Source: Candidatus Pacearchaeota archaeon (lineage in GTDB: Archaea; Nanobdellota; Nanobdellia; Pacearchaeales; GW2011-AR1). Taken from it: a stretch of DNA of 35,544 nucleotides. Where the stretch lies: NCBI GenBank assembly GCA_016784085.1, contig JADHVH010000001.1, positions 1-35,544 of the forward strand, read 5' to 3'. Shown one piece after another: positions 15,858 to 24,071 of this stretch. The notes beneath the pieces are model-generated. The model had not been told where the DNA came from. It was given only the letters and a program-made list of their open reading frames with translations, and did not search any database. The position numbers and the translations under genes are program-made. Position 1 is the first letter of the stretch. The number at the start of each line of letters is the position of its first letter.

Positions 15858-17327
15858 ATGGGGAGAGAAAATCAAATAATTGGTGAGAGATTAAAAAAAT
15901 TAAAAGAGCTGGAAAAATTAGGTATTGACCCTTATCCTGCTGAATTTGAAAAAAAAGATACCATCCAAAAATGTTTGGGATTAAAATTAAATTCTAAAGT
16001 TAAAACAGCTGGAAGAGTGATGATTAAAAGAGGTATTGGTAAAATAATTTTTAGCGAACTATTAGATGGTACTGGAAAAATTCAAATTGTCCTTCAAGAT
16101 AAAGAAACTCCAAAAAAAGCTGTTGATTTTTTTAAAAAATATGTTGATGCTGGAGATTTTGTAGGTGTTGAAGGAAAAATTATAAAAACAAAAACAGGAC
16201 AACTTTCTATTTTAGCTAATAAAATATTTTTATTAACAAAATCTATTTTACCTTTGCCCAATAAATGGCAGGGACTTAAAGATGAAGAAGAAAAACTAAG
16301 AAAAAGATATTTAGATATTCTTATGAGTCCTGAAATAAGAGAATTATTTTTGAAAAAAGAAAAGTTTTGGAAAACTATGAGGGATTTTCTAAATAAAAAA
16401 GGATTTACAGAAGTTGAGACCCCTATTTTAGAAAATTCTGCAGGTGGAGCTTCTGCAACTCCATTTAAAACACATCATCATGCTTTAGACATAGATGTTT
16501 TTCTAAGAATTTCAATGGGAGAGTTATGGCAGAAAAAATTAATGGTTGCAGGATATGAAAAAACATTTGAAATAGGAAGACAGTTCAGAAACGAAGGAAT
16601 GGATATGGAACATCTTCAGGATTATACTCAAATGGAATTTTATTGGGCCTATGCTAATTATAAAATGGGAATGGAATTGACTGAAAAAATGTACAAAGAA
16701 GTTACTAAGGCTGTTTTAGGAAAACTCACATTTGAAACAAGGGGCTATAAAGTTGATCTAGGAAAAAAATGGCAAATTTATGATTATGAAAAAACAATTA
16801 AAAAATATACAGGAGTAGATATTTACAATGTTGATAAAAATAAAATTAAAACAGAATTAGATAAATTAAAGGTAGAATATAATCCTACTGGAGATAAGTG
16901 GAGACTTGTTGATGCTCTTTGGAAATATTGTAGAAAAAAATTATCTGGCCCAGGATTTTTAGTTGGGCAACCAGTAGAAGTTTCACCTCTTGCAAAAAGA
17001 GATGTTAAAAACCCTAAAAAAGTTCAACAATTCCAAATTATTATTGCTGGAAGTGAAATGGGAAATGGTTATTCTGAATTAAACGATCCTCTTGATCAGG
17101 AAAAAAGATTTGAAGAACAGGCTAAATTGAAAAAAGCAGGAGATGAAGAAGCCCAGGATCATGATGAAGAATTTGTAGAAGCTTTGAAATATGGAATGCC
17201 TCCCACCTGTGGATTTGGTTTAAGTGAAAGATTTTTTTCATATTTAGTTGATAGGCCTGCAAGAGAATGTCAAATATTTCCTTTAATGAAACCTTTTGAA
17301 GAAAAGATCAATAAGAAGAAAAAATAA
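15858..17327 (+). CDS. lysS: lysyl-tRNA synthetase, class II
   Basis: It has an N-terminal OB anticodon-binding domain, class II motif 2 (FEIGRQFRNEGMD) and motif 3 (GFGLSERFFSYL), with LysRS-II-like collinearity. Confidence 0.93.
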   Translation: MGRENQIIGERLKKLKELEKLGIDPYPAEFEKKDTIQKCLGLKLNSKVKTAGRVMIKRGIGKIIFSELLDGTGKIQIVLQDKETPKKAVDFFKKYVDAGDFVGVEGKIIKTKTGQLSILANKIFLLTKSILPLPNKWQGLKDEEEKLRKRYLDILMSPEIRELFLKKEKFWKTMRDFLNKKGFTEVETPILENSAGGASATPFKTHHHALDIDVFLRISMGELWQKKLMVAGYEKTFEIGRQFRNEGMDMEHLQDYTQMEFYWAYANYKMGMELTEKMYKEVTKAVLGKLTFETRGYKVDLGKKWQIYDYEKTIKKYTGVDIYNVDKNKIKTELDKLKVEYNPTGDKWRLVDALWKYCRKKLSGPGFLVGQPVEVSPLAKRDVKNPKKVQQFQIIIAGSEMGNGYSELNDPLDQEKRFEEQAKLKKAGDEEAQDHDEEFVEALKYGMPPTCGFGLSERFFSYLVDRPARECQIFPLMKPFEEKINKKKK

Positions 17328-17328
17328 A

Positions 17329-17514
17329 ATGGCTTTAATTGTAAAATCTAATATTAAAAAAACTGTAAAAGAACTTGATAAAGAGGATTCTGTTTCTAGT
17401 GTTGCTGAAGAAGTTGGCCTTACTCTAGAAAGAAAAGTTGAAGAAATTTTAAAAAATGCCATTAATAGGGCAAAAGCAAATGGCAGAAGAACTATTCAAG
17501 CAAGGGATTTGTGA
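17329..17514 (+). CDS. DUF1931-like histone-fold-related small protein
   Basis: Its 61 aa read MALIVKSNIKKTV...VSSVAEEVGLTLERKVEEILKNAINRAKANGRRTIQARDL, which matches the remembered DUF1931 pattern (...AIERAKANGRKTV.ARDL). I used the ATG at 17329, just after the lysS stop, rather than 17296. Confidence 0.5.
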   Translation: MALIVKSNIKKTVKELDKEDSVSSVAEEVGLTLERKVEEILKNAINRAKANGRRTIQARDL

Positions 17515-17960
17515 TTATGCCTGAAAAAGAAAAAATTAGTAAAAGTAAACAAGGTAAAAAAAATCGTGCTGCAGGAGCTAGGTTTGAACTTAAAGTTAGA
17601 ACCCAATTGGAATCAGAAGGCTGGATAATTGATAAATGGGGGAATAATGTTGATTTTGAAGAACCAGAAGGAAAACTTGTAAAAGCTAAAAGAAAATATA
17701 ATCCTTTTATGAAAATTATAGCTATTGGAACTGGTTTTCCTGATTTTATTTGTTTTAAATTAAAAGATAAACAAAATTATGACGTGATTGGTGTTGAAGT
17801 TAAATCAAATGGTTATTTAGATAAAACAGAACGGGCAAAAGCAAAATTTTATTTAAAAAATAAAATATTTTCAAAATTTTTAATTGCAAAATCTAAAAAA
17901 GAGGGAAGAAGGATTCTTGTGGAATATGTTGATTTTAAAGACAAGTATAATAAAACTTAA
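17511..17960 (+). CDS. PD-(D/E)xK nuclease, Holliday junction resolvase Hjc-like
   Basis: The catalytic layout is AGARFELKV (E) ... GFPDFICF (D) ... IGVEVKS (ExK), as in Hjc, with an insertion between E and D. The start is a GTG overlapping the upstream stop; an alternative ATG lies at 17517. Confidence 0.5.
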   Translation: MIMPEKEKISKSKQGKKNRAAGARFELKVRTQLESEGWIIDKWGNNVDFEEPEGKLVKAKRKYNPFMKIIAIGTGFPDFICFKLKDKQNYDVIGVEVKSNGYLDKTERAKAKFYLKNKIFSKFLIAKSKKEGRRILVEYVDFKDKYNKT

Positions 17961-17984
17961 ATTATGTTTTTCCCTTAATAATTA

Positions 17985-18512
17985 ATGAGTAAGTTAATAT
18001 TGGTTTTTCTAGTAATTTTACTATTGCCAATAATATCTTCTTGTGAAGAAGGCCAAATTAATCTAAATACAGCTTCTTTAGAAGAACTTGATTTATTATA
18101 TGGAATTGGGCCTTCAAAAGCTCAATCAATTATTGATAACAGGCCATTTACCTCACTAGCTGATCTAATTAATGTTAATGGAATTGGGCAAATTACTTTA
18201 AATAGAATTCTCGAACAAGGATTAATATGCTTTGATTCTGAAGAGGAAAATAATGATCCTTCTTCTGAAGAAAATCTTGACTCTCCTAGAACTTATTTTG
18301 TTTCAAATATTAGTAATTATTCAGAATTAGAATTTCTTCCAATAATTGGAAAAGTAATAGAACTAAATTCAAAAGATATAAATATGGCGGAAAATAATAA
18401 AGAATTAGAAAAAAGTGATTATGCATTATATGGATTTTTTATTTTCTGTATATTCTTAATTATTTTATTTAAAATAAAAAATACTTCAAATAAAAATGAG
18501 TTTCATGGATAA
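17985..18512 (+). CDS. ComEA-like secreted helix-hairpin-helix DNA-binding protein, membrane-tethered
   Basis: The signal peptide ends in a lipobox-like IISSC. A tandem HhH module follows (INLNTASLEELDLLYGIGPSKAQSIIDNRPFTSLADLINVNGIGQITLNRI), identical in pattern to the ComEA C-terminal domain. An acidic linker and a C-terminal TM helix (YALYGFFIFCIFLIILF) complete it. Confidence 0.7.
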   Translation: MSKLILVFLVILLLPIISSCEEGQINLNTASLEELDLLYGIGPSKAQSIIDNRPFTSLADLINVNGIGQITLNRILEQGLICFDSEEENNDPSSEENLDSPRTYFVSNISNYSELEFLPIIGKVIELNSKDINMAENNKELEKSDYALYGFFIFCIFLIILFKIKNTSNKNEFHG

Positions 18513-18987
18513 TGTTAAAAAAAGGATAAGGGCAACGTTTATTTTAGAGATAATTGGAGCTCCAGCAGAACATTTAGTAAAAACTCTTGAAAATATAATC
18601 GGACAAATTAAAAAAGAAAAAGGAATTAAGCTTATTTCTAGCAAAATTAATGAACCTAAAGTTTTGGAACAAAGGAAAGATTTTTTTGCAACCTTTGCAG
18701 AAGTAGAAATAGAAGCAGACGAAGCTATGCAAATATCCTTATTGATGTTTAAATATATGCCAGCCCATGTAGAGATTATTTCCCCTGAAAATCTAAGCCT
18801 TACAAACCATGATTTGGGAGAAATTCTAAGTGAACTTGCAAGAAGACTTCATAGTTATGATGAAATGGCAAGGGTCCTTCAAATTCAAAAAGAAAATCTT
18901 GAAAAAACAGTTAAAGAATTAACTGAAAAATCTGAAGAAAAAGTTGCTGTAAAAAAGAAATCTAAAACACCTATAAAAAAGAAGTAA
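18496..18987 (+). CDS. hypothetical cytoplasmic protein with a C-terminal coiled coil
   Basis: The ORF overlaps the comEA-like 3' end by 17 nt. It has no TM helix or signal peptide. The N-terminal part looks alpha/beta, the C-terminus (QIQKENLEKTVKELTEKSEEK) looks like a coiled coil, and I recognise no family. Confidence 0.45.
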   Translation: MSFMDNVKKRIRATFILEIIGAPAEHLVKTLENIIGQIKKEKGIKLISSKINEPKVLEQRKDFFATFAEVEIEADEAMQISLLMFKYMPAHVEIISPENLSLTNHDLGEILSELARRLHSYDEMARVLQIQKENLEKTVKELTEKSEEKVAVKKKSKTPIKKK

Positions 18988-18991
18988 AATA

Positions 18992-18999
18992 TTTATATA
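18992..18999 (+). promoter_or_regulatory. TATA box (TTTATATA) 29 nt upstream of the ATG at 19021
   Basis: It is consensus-like and has the same spacing as the boxes at 11006, 28091 and 33558. Confidence 0.55.
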
Positions 19000-19020
19000 T
19001 AGTATTTTGTTAATTTCTTT

Positions 19021-19734
19021 ATGAATAAAAAAGGTCAAATTACTATTTTTGTTGTTGTTGCAATTATTTTAATTGCTGTTATATCCCTATTTTATCTTTT
19101 TAAAGATAATTTAAGATCTAGCGGATCTGGAGAATATGATTACATTTATTCTTTTGTTGAAGAATGTATAAAAGATGTTGGGAAATCTGCAACATATTAT
19201 GTTTCAGAAAGAGGGGGCTATTTTATTCCTTCTGAATTATCTGCAGAAGAAATTCCCTACTATTACTATTCAGGGCAAAGTTATTTGCCTTCAAAAGAAC
19301 AAATTGAGGATGAAATTTCAAAATATGTAAATGAAATGTTATTTTTCTGCACTCAAAATTTTGTTGACTTTAGTGAAATTAATATCTCTCAAGGAAAAAT
19401 AAATTCTAAAACACATGTTCATGAAGAGGAAATTATTTTTGAGGTAGAATATCCAATTACTATTCAAAAAGGAGAAAATACTGTAATTATAAAGGATTTT
19501 GAAAATATTCCTATATTTATGAAACTAGGATCAATTTATGACTTATCTTCAGAAATAATTGAACAACAAAAAGGGAATAATGAAACTTGTTTAACCTGCC
19601 CTCTTAATTTTGCAATTGAACATGATCTTTATGTAGATATTTCCTTATATAACAATGATACAATATTATATCTTATTGAAGATCAAGATTATTCCCCCTC
19701 TCTTAAATTTAAATTTTTAAATAAATATAATTAA
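19021..19734 (+). CDS. class III signal peptide (type IV pilin-like) protein, paralog of the 28120 ORF
   Basis: The N-terminus is MNKKG|QITIFVVVAIILIAVISLFYLF. It is collinear with the 28120 product in the N-terminal helix, the ...GG[YS][FY] block, the IE.EI..[YS]V block and the C-terminal Y.[LE]....YS....F[KQ]F. Confidence 0.6.
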   Translation: MNKKGQITIFVVVAIILIAVISLFYLFKDNLRSSGSGEYDYIYSFVEECIKDVGKSATYYVSERGGYFIPSELSAEEIPYYYYSGQSYLPSKEQIEDEISKYVNEMLFFCTQNFVDFSEINISQGKINSKTHVHEEEIIFEVEYPITIQKGENTVIIKDFENIPIFMKLGSIYDLSSEIIEQQKGNNETCLTCPLNFAIEHDLYVDISLYNNDTILYLIEDQDYSPSLKFKFLNKYN

Positions 19735-19735
19735 A

Positions 19736-22108
19736 ATGAATAAAATAATTGCAATCCTTTTTGTTAGTATTTTTCTTTTTAGCTTTGTAGGGGCAGAAAA
19801 TATTGCTACAATAGATTTTCAAGGACTTGAATTTGTAGATTCAGATTTAATGCAAGAATTTCAAGAAGAAATTTGTGGAGAAGAATCTCTTAATCAAGAT
19901 TCTTGCCCTTTAGAAAATTCTTATGGAAAAATTGACAAAATCATTTCTCAAGAAAATTTGCTTTTAATTCAAAATATAAATCCTGAAGCAGCAAAGGCAA
20001 TAGAATTGAATAATCAAATTCAAGAATATGTCTCACAAGGAACACAAATTTTTGGAACCTTGGAAATAGATGAAATAGGGATTATTAGAAAAGGTATGTT
20101 TAAAGAGGGTTTTAAAACATTTGAAATTGGAAATTTTCTTAATCCTAAACTAAAACCAGAGTATGTTCAAATGAAAGGACAAGTTGAATTTATTTTTGCA
20201 TTTGCTCAAGAAGATTGGGCTCCTCTTGGAAAAGCAGAGATAATTCTTAATAAAGAAGGGGATTTTCTTGAAGCTATTAATTCTAATCCTTGCGCAGAAA
20301 TAAATTCTGAAGAAGATTGTGTCCCTGAAAAAACTATTTTTAATAACCTCCAATTTAACTTTGAGGGAGAGCCTATTGCAAATAGATTTGAATTAAATGA
20401 AAATGGTGAAATAACTTTTGCTAAATTTTATGTTAATGAAAATGGGGGAGAATATCTTATAGGAAATCAAATAATATATGCACCTTCTTCATCTTCTATT
20501 AAATATGAGAGGGGTTTGAATTCTATTTCAATTTTCATGGGTGTTAGCTCCAAACTAGATAATTTTCAAAAAAAAATTAATGATTCTCTAGGAGGAGCAG
20601 AAATTACTATTAAGGGGTCTGAACTTGAACTTCCCACTGGAGAAATATTGGAAGGAGAACTTTCTTATAAAGATAATAATTTTTTTATAAAATCTGGAAC
20701 TAAAAGATCTCTTTTAATTGATGGAATTAAATTTAAAAGTCCTGAAAAAGAAGATTTAACTGTATTTTTTGAAGGGGAACCTTCTGAGGATTTTCCTAAA
20801 AGTTATATTGCGTTTGATTCTAGGAAAGACCTTATTGTTTTAGATTCTAAAAAAGAGGTTATTTCAAATGTAGATCTTTATTATAGCCACTATAATTCTG
20901 AAAACTTAAGGATTAAAGAACTTCAAAATGCTAAAATAATTTTAGATACTAGGTCTTCTGAAAATTTAATACCTGAATTAAAAATAACTGAAAAAAAAGA
21001 CTCTAATTATGATCTTTTAATTGGAGAAATTGAAATTTACAATGAAAATGGAGAAATAAAAACAAAAATTAGAGATAATCTTAGAATTCCAAAATCTAGT
21101 ATAAGAGTGGCAATTGAAATAGATGATCAAGAAGGGAATAGCCTTCTTGGAACAGAAAGGTCTCCTCAAAAAATAATCACAAATGATTTTAATCAATTTT
21201 TATTTGTGCCTAAAGAAATTTCTGAAAAAGACATGATTGGTCCTGATTTTAGTGAAAGATTAAATTTTGATTATTCTGGAATTGAAAATGTTAAAAAAAA
21301 TATAGAAAAAGATTTTGGAATTGAAATTACTGGGGATGGGTCCCTTTATGATCTTAAAAGAATAAGAGATCTTCTTAATGCAGCTACTCCTGAAATGATT
21401 GGAGGTGTGAATAAAATTGAGCTTCTTAACGATGATGAAGATCTGAATGGTTTTGGGGGCGTTGCAAATCCTTATGGGAGAAAAATAAAGATACTAAATT
21501 CTGAATTAGACGGGGCTACCCTTATACATGAACTAGCACATACACGTACTTTTGAATTATTTCAAGAACCTAAAAGAATTTATGAAGAAGAATTTCAAGA
21601 TCTTAGATCAGACTATTTAAACAACCAAATAAGTGAAGAAGAATTTAGAATTTCAAGAGATAAATTAAAAAAGAAACATTCTTCCACTGGGAAAAGATTT
21701 AATTATTATCTTTTTCCAGAAGTTCAATTTATAAAAGAATGGGGAAATATTGCTGGAGATAATTATGGAAAAAATCTTGGTAAAAAGAGTTCTCTAAATC
21801 CAATATTTAAATTATTTAACATTGGGGTATCTAATGAATGGGCTGTAGATGAACTTAACAGTCCACTTTTAGGAGGAGACGGTAATTTCTTTGGTCCAAA
21901 AAATGGATTTATAAGACCTTATGGGGCAAATAATATTTTTGAAGATATTTCTACTTTTGTAGAAGAAACATATAAAAATCCAGCATTTTTTACAGATTTT
22001 TTAGATGTTAATTCAAAAGATTATGACCCCAGATATCTTGAAAAATTAAAATTATTAAAAAAATATGATTTTATAAGTGAAGAGGCTTATAACAATATTA
22101 TTAATTAA
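19736..22108 (+). CDS. large secreted protein (790 aa) with a HExxH zincin-like motif
   Basis: It has a Sec-type signal peptide (MNKIIAILFVSIFLFSFVGAEN). HELAH is encoded at 21526-21540 (GATLIHELAHTRTFELFQ), with acidic residues (EEEF) about 20 aa downstream that could serve as a third ligand. Otherwise I recognise no family. Confidence 0.55.
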   Translation: MNKIIAILFVSIFLFSFVGAENIATIDFQGLEFVDSDLMQEFQEEICGEESLNQDSCPLENSYGKIDKIISQENLLLIQNINPEAAKAIELNNQIQEYVSQGTQIFGTLEIDEIGIIRKGMFKEGFKTFEIGNFLNPKLKPEYVQMKGQVEFIFAFAQEDWAPLGKAEIILNKEGDFLEAINSNPCAEINSEEDCVPEKTIFNNLQFNFEGEPIANRFELNENGEITFAKFYVNENGGEYLIGNQIIYAPSSSSIKYERGLNSISIFMGVSSKLDNFQKKINDSLGGAEITIKGSELELPTGEILEGELSYKDNNFFIKSGTKRSLLIDGIKFKSPEKEDLTVFFEGEPSEDFPKSYIAFDSRKDLIVLDSKKEVISNVDLYYSHYNSENLRIKELQNAKIILDTRSSENLIPELKITEKKDSNYDLLIGEIEIYNENGEIKTKIRDNLRIPKSSIRVAIEIDDQEGNSLLGTERSPQKIITNDFNQFLFVPKEISEKDMIGPDFSERLNFDYSGIENVKKNIEKDFGIEITGDGSLYDLKRIRDLLNAATPEMIGGVNKIELLNDDEDLNGFGGVANPYGRKIKILNSELDGATLIHELAHTRTFELFQEPKRIYEEEFQDLRSDYLNNQISEEEFRISRDKLKKKHSSTGKRFNYYLFPEVQFIKEWGNIAGDNYGKNLGKKSSLNPIFKLFNIGVSNEWAVDELNSPLLGGDGNFFGPKNGFIRPYGANNIFEDISTFVEETYKNPAFFTDFLDVNSKDYDPRYLEKLKLLKKYDFISEEAYNNIIN

Positions 22109-22110
22109 AA

Positions 22111-22674
22111 ATGAAAAAAATATTAATTTTTATGCTTACTATTTTTCTATTAACAAGTGCTAGTGCAAGCATGCCTAAAATTTATGAAATAAGCCTTCAT
22201 TATTCAGATGGAGATTTTTCTCTTAATAATATTAGTGTTAAACTAGATGAAAATTCCTTAGAAAACATTCCTGGAGATTATACTGGAGAAATTATTTCTA
22301 GAGAAGGAAGTTTACTAGATATGTTTATTTTTGATATCCCTTCTTTTATCATTGCTGAAGATTTTGAAGGAGGAGGAAATATTATTTTTTACAATGAATC
22401 TGATTTTACAATTTATGCCCCCTATTATGAAAATGCTAAAGAAATTATTCTTTATTACAGTGAATATGAGGAAATTCTAAAAATAGTAGTAAATCAATTT
22501 TCATCATCTCTAGACAATCAAATTAATCTCCCTGAAGAAAACAATAGTCAGAATATTTCTTCAAATTATGAGAGTCAAACTCAAGAAAATACTAAAAAAT
22601 CTATCGAAGATTATTGGTGGGTTCTTTTAATTATTTTAATTATTTTAGTTGCGGTTTTAATAAAAAAGAAATAA
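22111..22674 (+). CDS. signal-peptide protein with a C-terminal TM anchor (187 aa)
   Basis: The N-terminal signal peptide is MKKILIFMLTIFLLTSASAS and the C-terminal anchor is YWWVLLIILIILVAVLIKKK. The ectodomain is acidic and Tyr-rich. Confidence 0.5.
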   Translation: MKKILIFMLTIFLLTSASASMPKIYEISLHYSDGDFSLNNISVKLDENSLENIPGDYTGEIISREGSLLDMFIFDIPSFIIAEDFEGGGNIIFYNESDFTIYAPYYENAKEIILYYSEYEEILKIVVNQFSSSLDNQINLPEENNSQNISSNYESQTQENTKKSIEDYWWVLLIILIILVAVLIKKK

Positions 22675-24024
22675 TTATTTTTTACCTTTTGCAATTCTGG
22701 CAAAATTTATTTTCTTTTTTTCTACACCTAAATATTTTTGTTTAAAGAACCAAAATAAGGCTAGAATTACTAAAAATACTAATAACCATCCAATTGTTTT
22801 GCCTAGATCTCCCCTATCTATTTTTTGCTCACATTCTGCTAAACAACAAAGACCATCTCTTGCAGGTTCTGTTTCTCCATTACAAATAAAATTTTCTTCA
22901 CAAATTACTCCTTGAATTTCTTCACAACTTTGTACAATAGCAGGATCATTTATTGTTTGGTTATTTTCTGGAAGAGGGATAAATTCTGGAAAAAATACTA
23001 AATCTATGGAGATAGAATCATTTAAAGTAAAACCATTTAATTTTGCCAAAATAAATCCTTCTAAAGACTTATTTTCTGAATCAGAAGTAAAATTAAGGGA
23101 TAACTTAAGGCTTTTATTTGCTTTTAATTCATCCACTGTATATTCAGATAATTCTAAATAAGGTTCTAAAGATTCTGAAATACTTAAAGAAATATTTTCT
23201 AAATCAGCTTCACCATCATTAAATAAATAAACTATTCTATTGGAGAGGTCATCAATATACATTGAAACAGAAATTTCTTGAGGTTCAAATTTAAAGCTTT
23301 TTTCTTTTAGTTCTTCAGGAATATTTGTAATAGTTACTTCAATAGGAATTTCATATTCTAGATTATTTGTACTTAATCTTACAAATTCAATTGTATTGTT
23401 AGTATTATTGGTGATATTCTCTAGATTAAAATAAATTTTTTTAGTTTCTCCCGGAATAAGGGTTATTGCATTATCTGAAATTTCATCTTCATTTGCAAAA
23501 AGGAAATCAAAAAAACCTATTGGCTCTTCTTCAGTTTCATTAAAATTAATATCAATTGTTATTTCTTGGTCTTGGAGATTTAAAGCCTCAATATAGAAAT
23601 TATTTTCTGCAACCACAAATCCAGGATTAATTGAAAAATCTGCTATTGATTCTAAAATTGTGAAATTTTTTTGGATTTCTTCTTCATTTGTTTGTCCTGC
23701 ACTAATATATCTTATATTTTTTAAAACAATAGAATAGTTTCCTGCTGTTTTACCAATTAATGAGGAATAAAGATAATATTCATTTCTTATTTTTGTTAAT
23801 TCAAATTCAAGAGGCACACTAGTATGTTGGTTTCTATAAAAAAAGATATTTTCTTCTTGTAAATTATCTACAAATGTTCCAGAAAATTTTATCATCATTG
23901 TTTCTCCTGTATTAAAATTATCTTTCATCTCTAAACTAATTGCAGAAACAAAAGATGGAAGTGTTATTAATAGAAATAAAGACAACACTAAAATTTTATT
24001 TATTTTAAATAAATCTATTTTCAT
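22675..24024 (-). CDS. surface protein: signal peptide, beta-sandwich-like repeats, one Cys-rich 'CC' module, C-terminal TM anchor
   Basis: It has a signal peptide (LFLLITLPSFVSA) and many N-x-S/T sequons. CARDB-like strings occur (VYLFNDGEADLENISLSI). The membrane-proximal module is CEEIQGVICEENFICNG...GLCCLAEC, followed by the TM helix IGWLLVFLVILALFWFF. Confidence 0.55.
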   Translation of the reverse strand: MKIDLFKINKILVLSLFLLITLPSFVSAISLEMKDNFNTGETMMIKFSGTFVDNLQEENIFFYRNQHTSVPLEFELTKIRNEYYLYSSLIGKTAGNYSIVLKNIRYISAGQTNEEEIQKNFTILESIADFSINPGFVVAENNFYIEALNLQDQEITIDINFNETEEEPIGFFDFLFANEDEISDNAITLIPGETKKIYFNLENITNNTNNTIEFVRLSTNNLEYEIPIEVTITNIPEELKEKSFKFEPQEISVSMYIDDLSNRIVYLFNDGEADLENISLSISESLEPYLELSEYTVDELKANKSLKLSLNFTSDSENKSLEGFILAKLNGFTLNDSISIDLVFFPEFIPLPENNQTINDPAIVQSCEEIQGVICEENFICNGETEPARDGLCCLAECEQKIDRGDLGKTIGWLLVFLVILALFWFFKQKYLGVEKKKINFARIAKGKK

Positions 24025-24071
24025 AAAAATGTTAAAGAAATGAGCTTAATAAAGTTTATTTTTCTAGAAAA

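Noticed and set aside
20150-20353. A 67-aa minus-strand ORF inside the 790-aa secreted protein gene
   Set aside because: It is an antisense shadow ORF with F/I/K-rich low-complexity sequence.
22663-22686. The palindrome AAATAATTATTT at the junction of two convergent genes (22111-22674 plus, 22675-24024 minus)
   Set aside because: It is simply the two abutting stop codons (TAA|TTA) flanked by Lys codons and their complement. That is expected when two K-rich C-termini converge with zero spacing, so it is not evidence for a regulatory element.
22750-22800. An RGD tripeptide (IDRGDLGK) just outside the TM anchor of the 449-aa surface protein
   Set aside because: A three-residue motif is expected by chance, and integrin-type recognition has no basis in this context.
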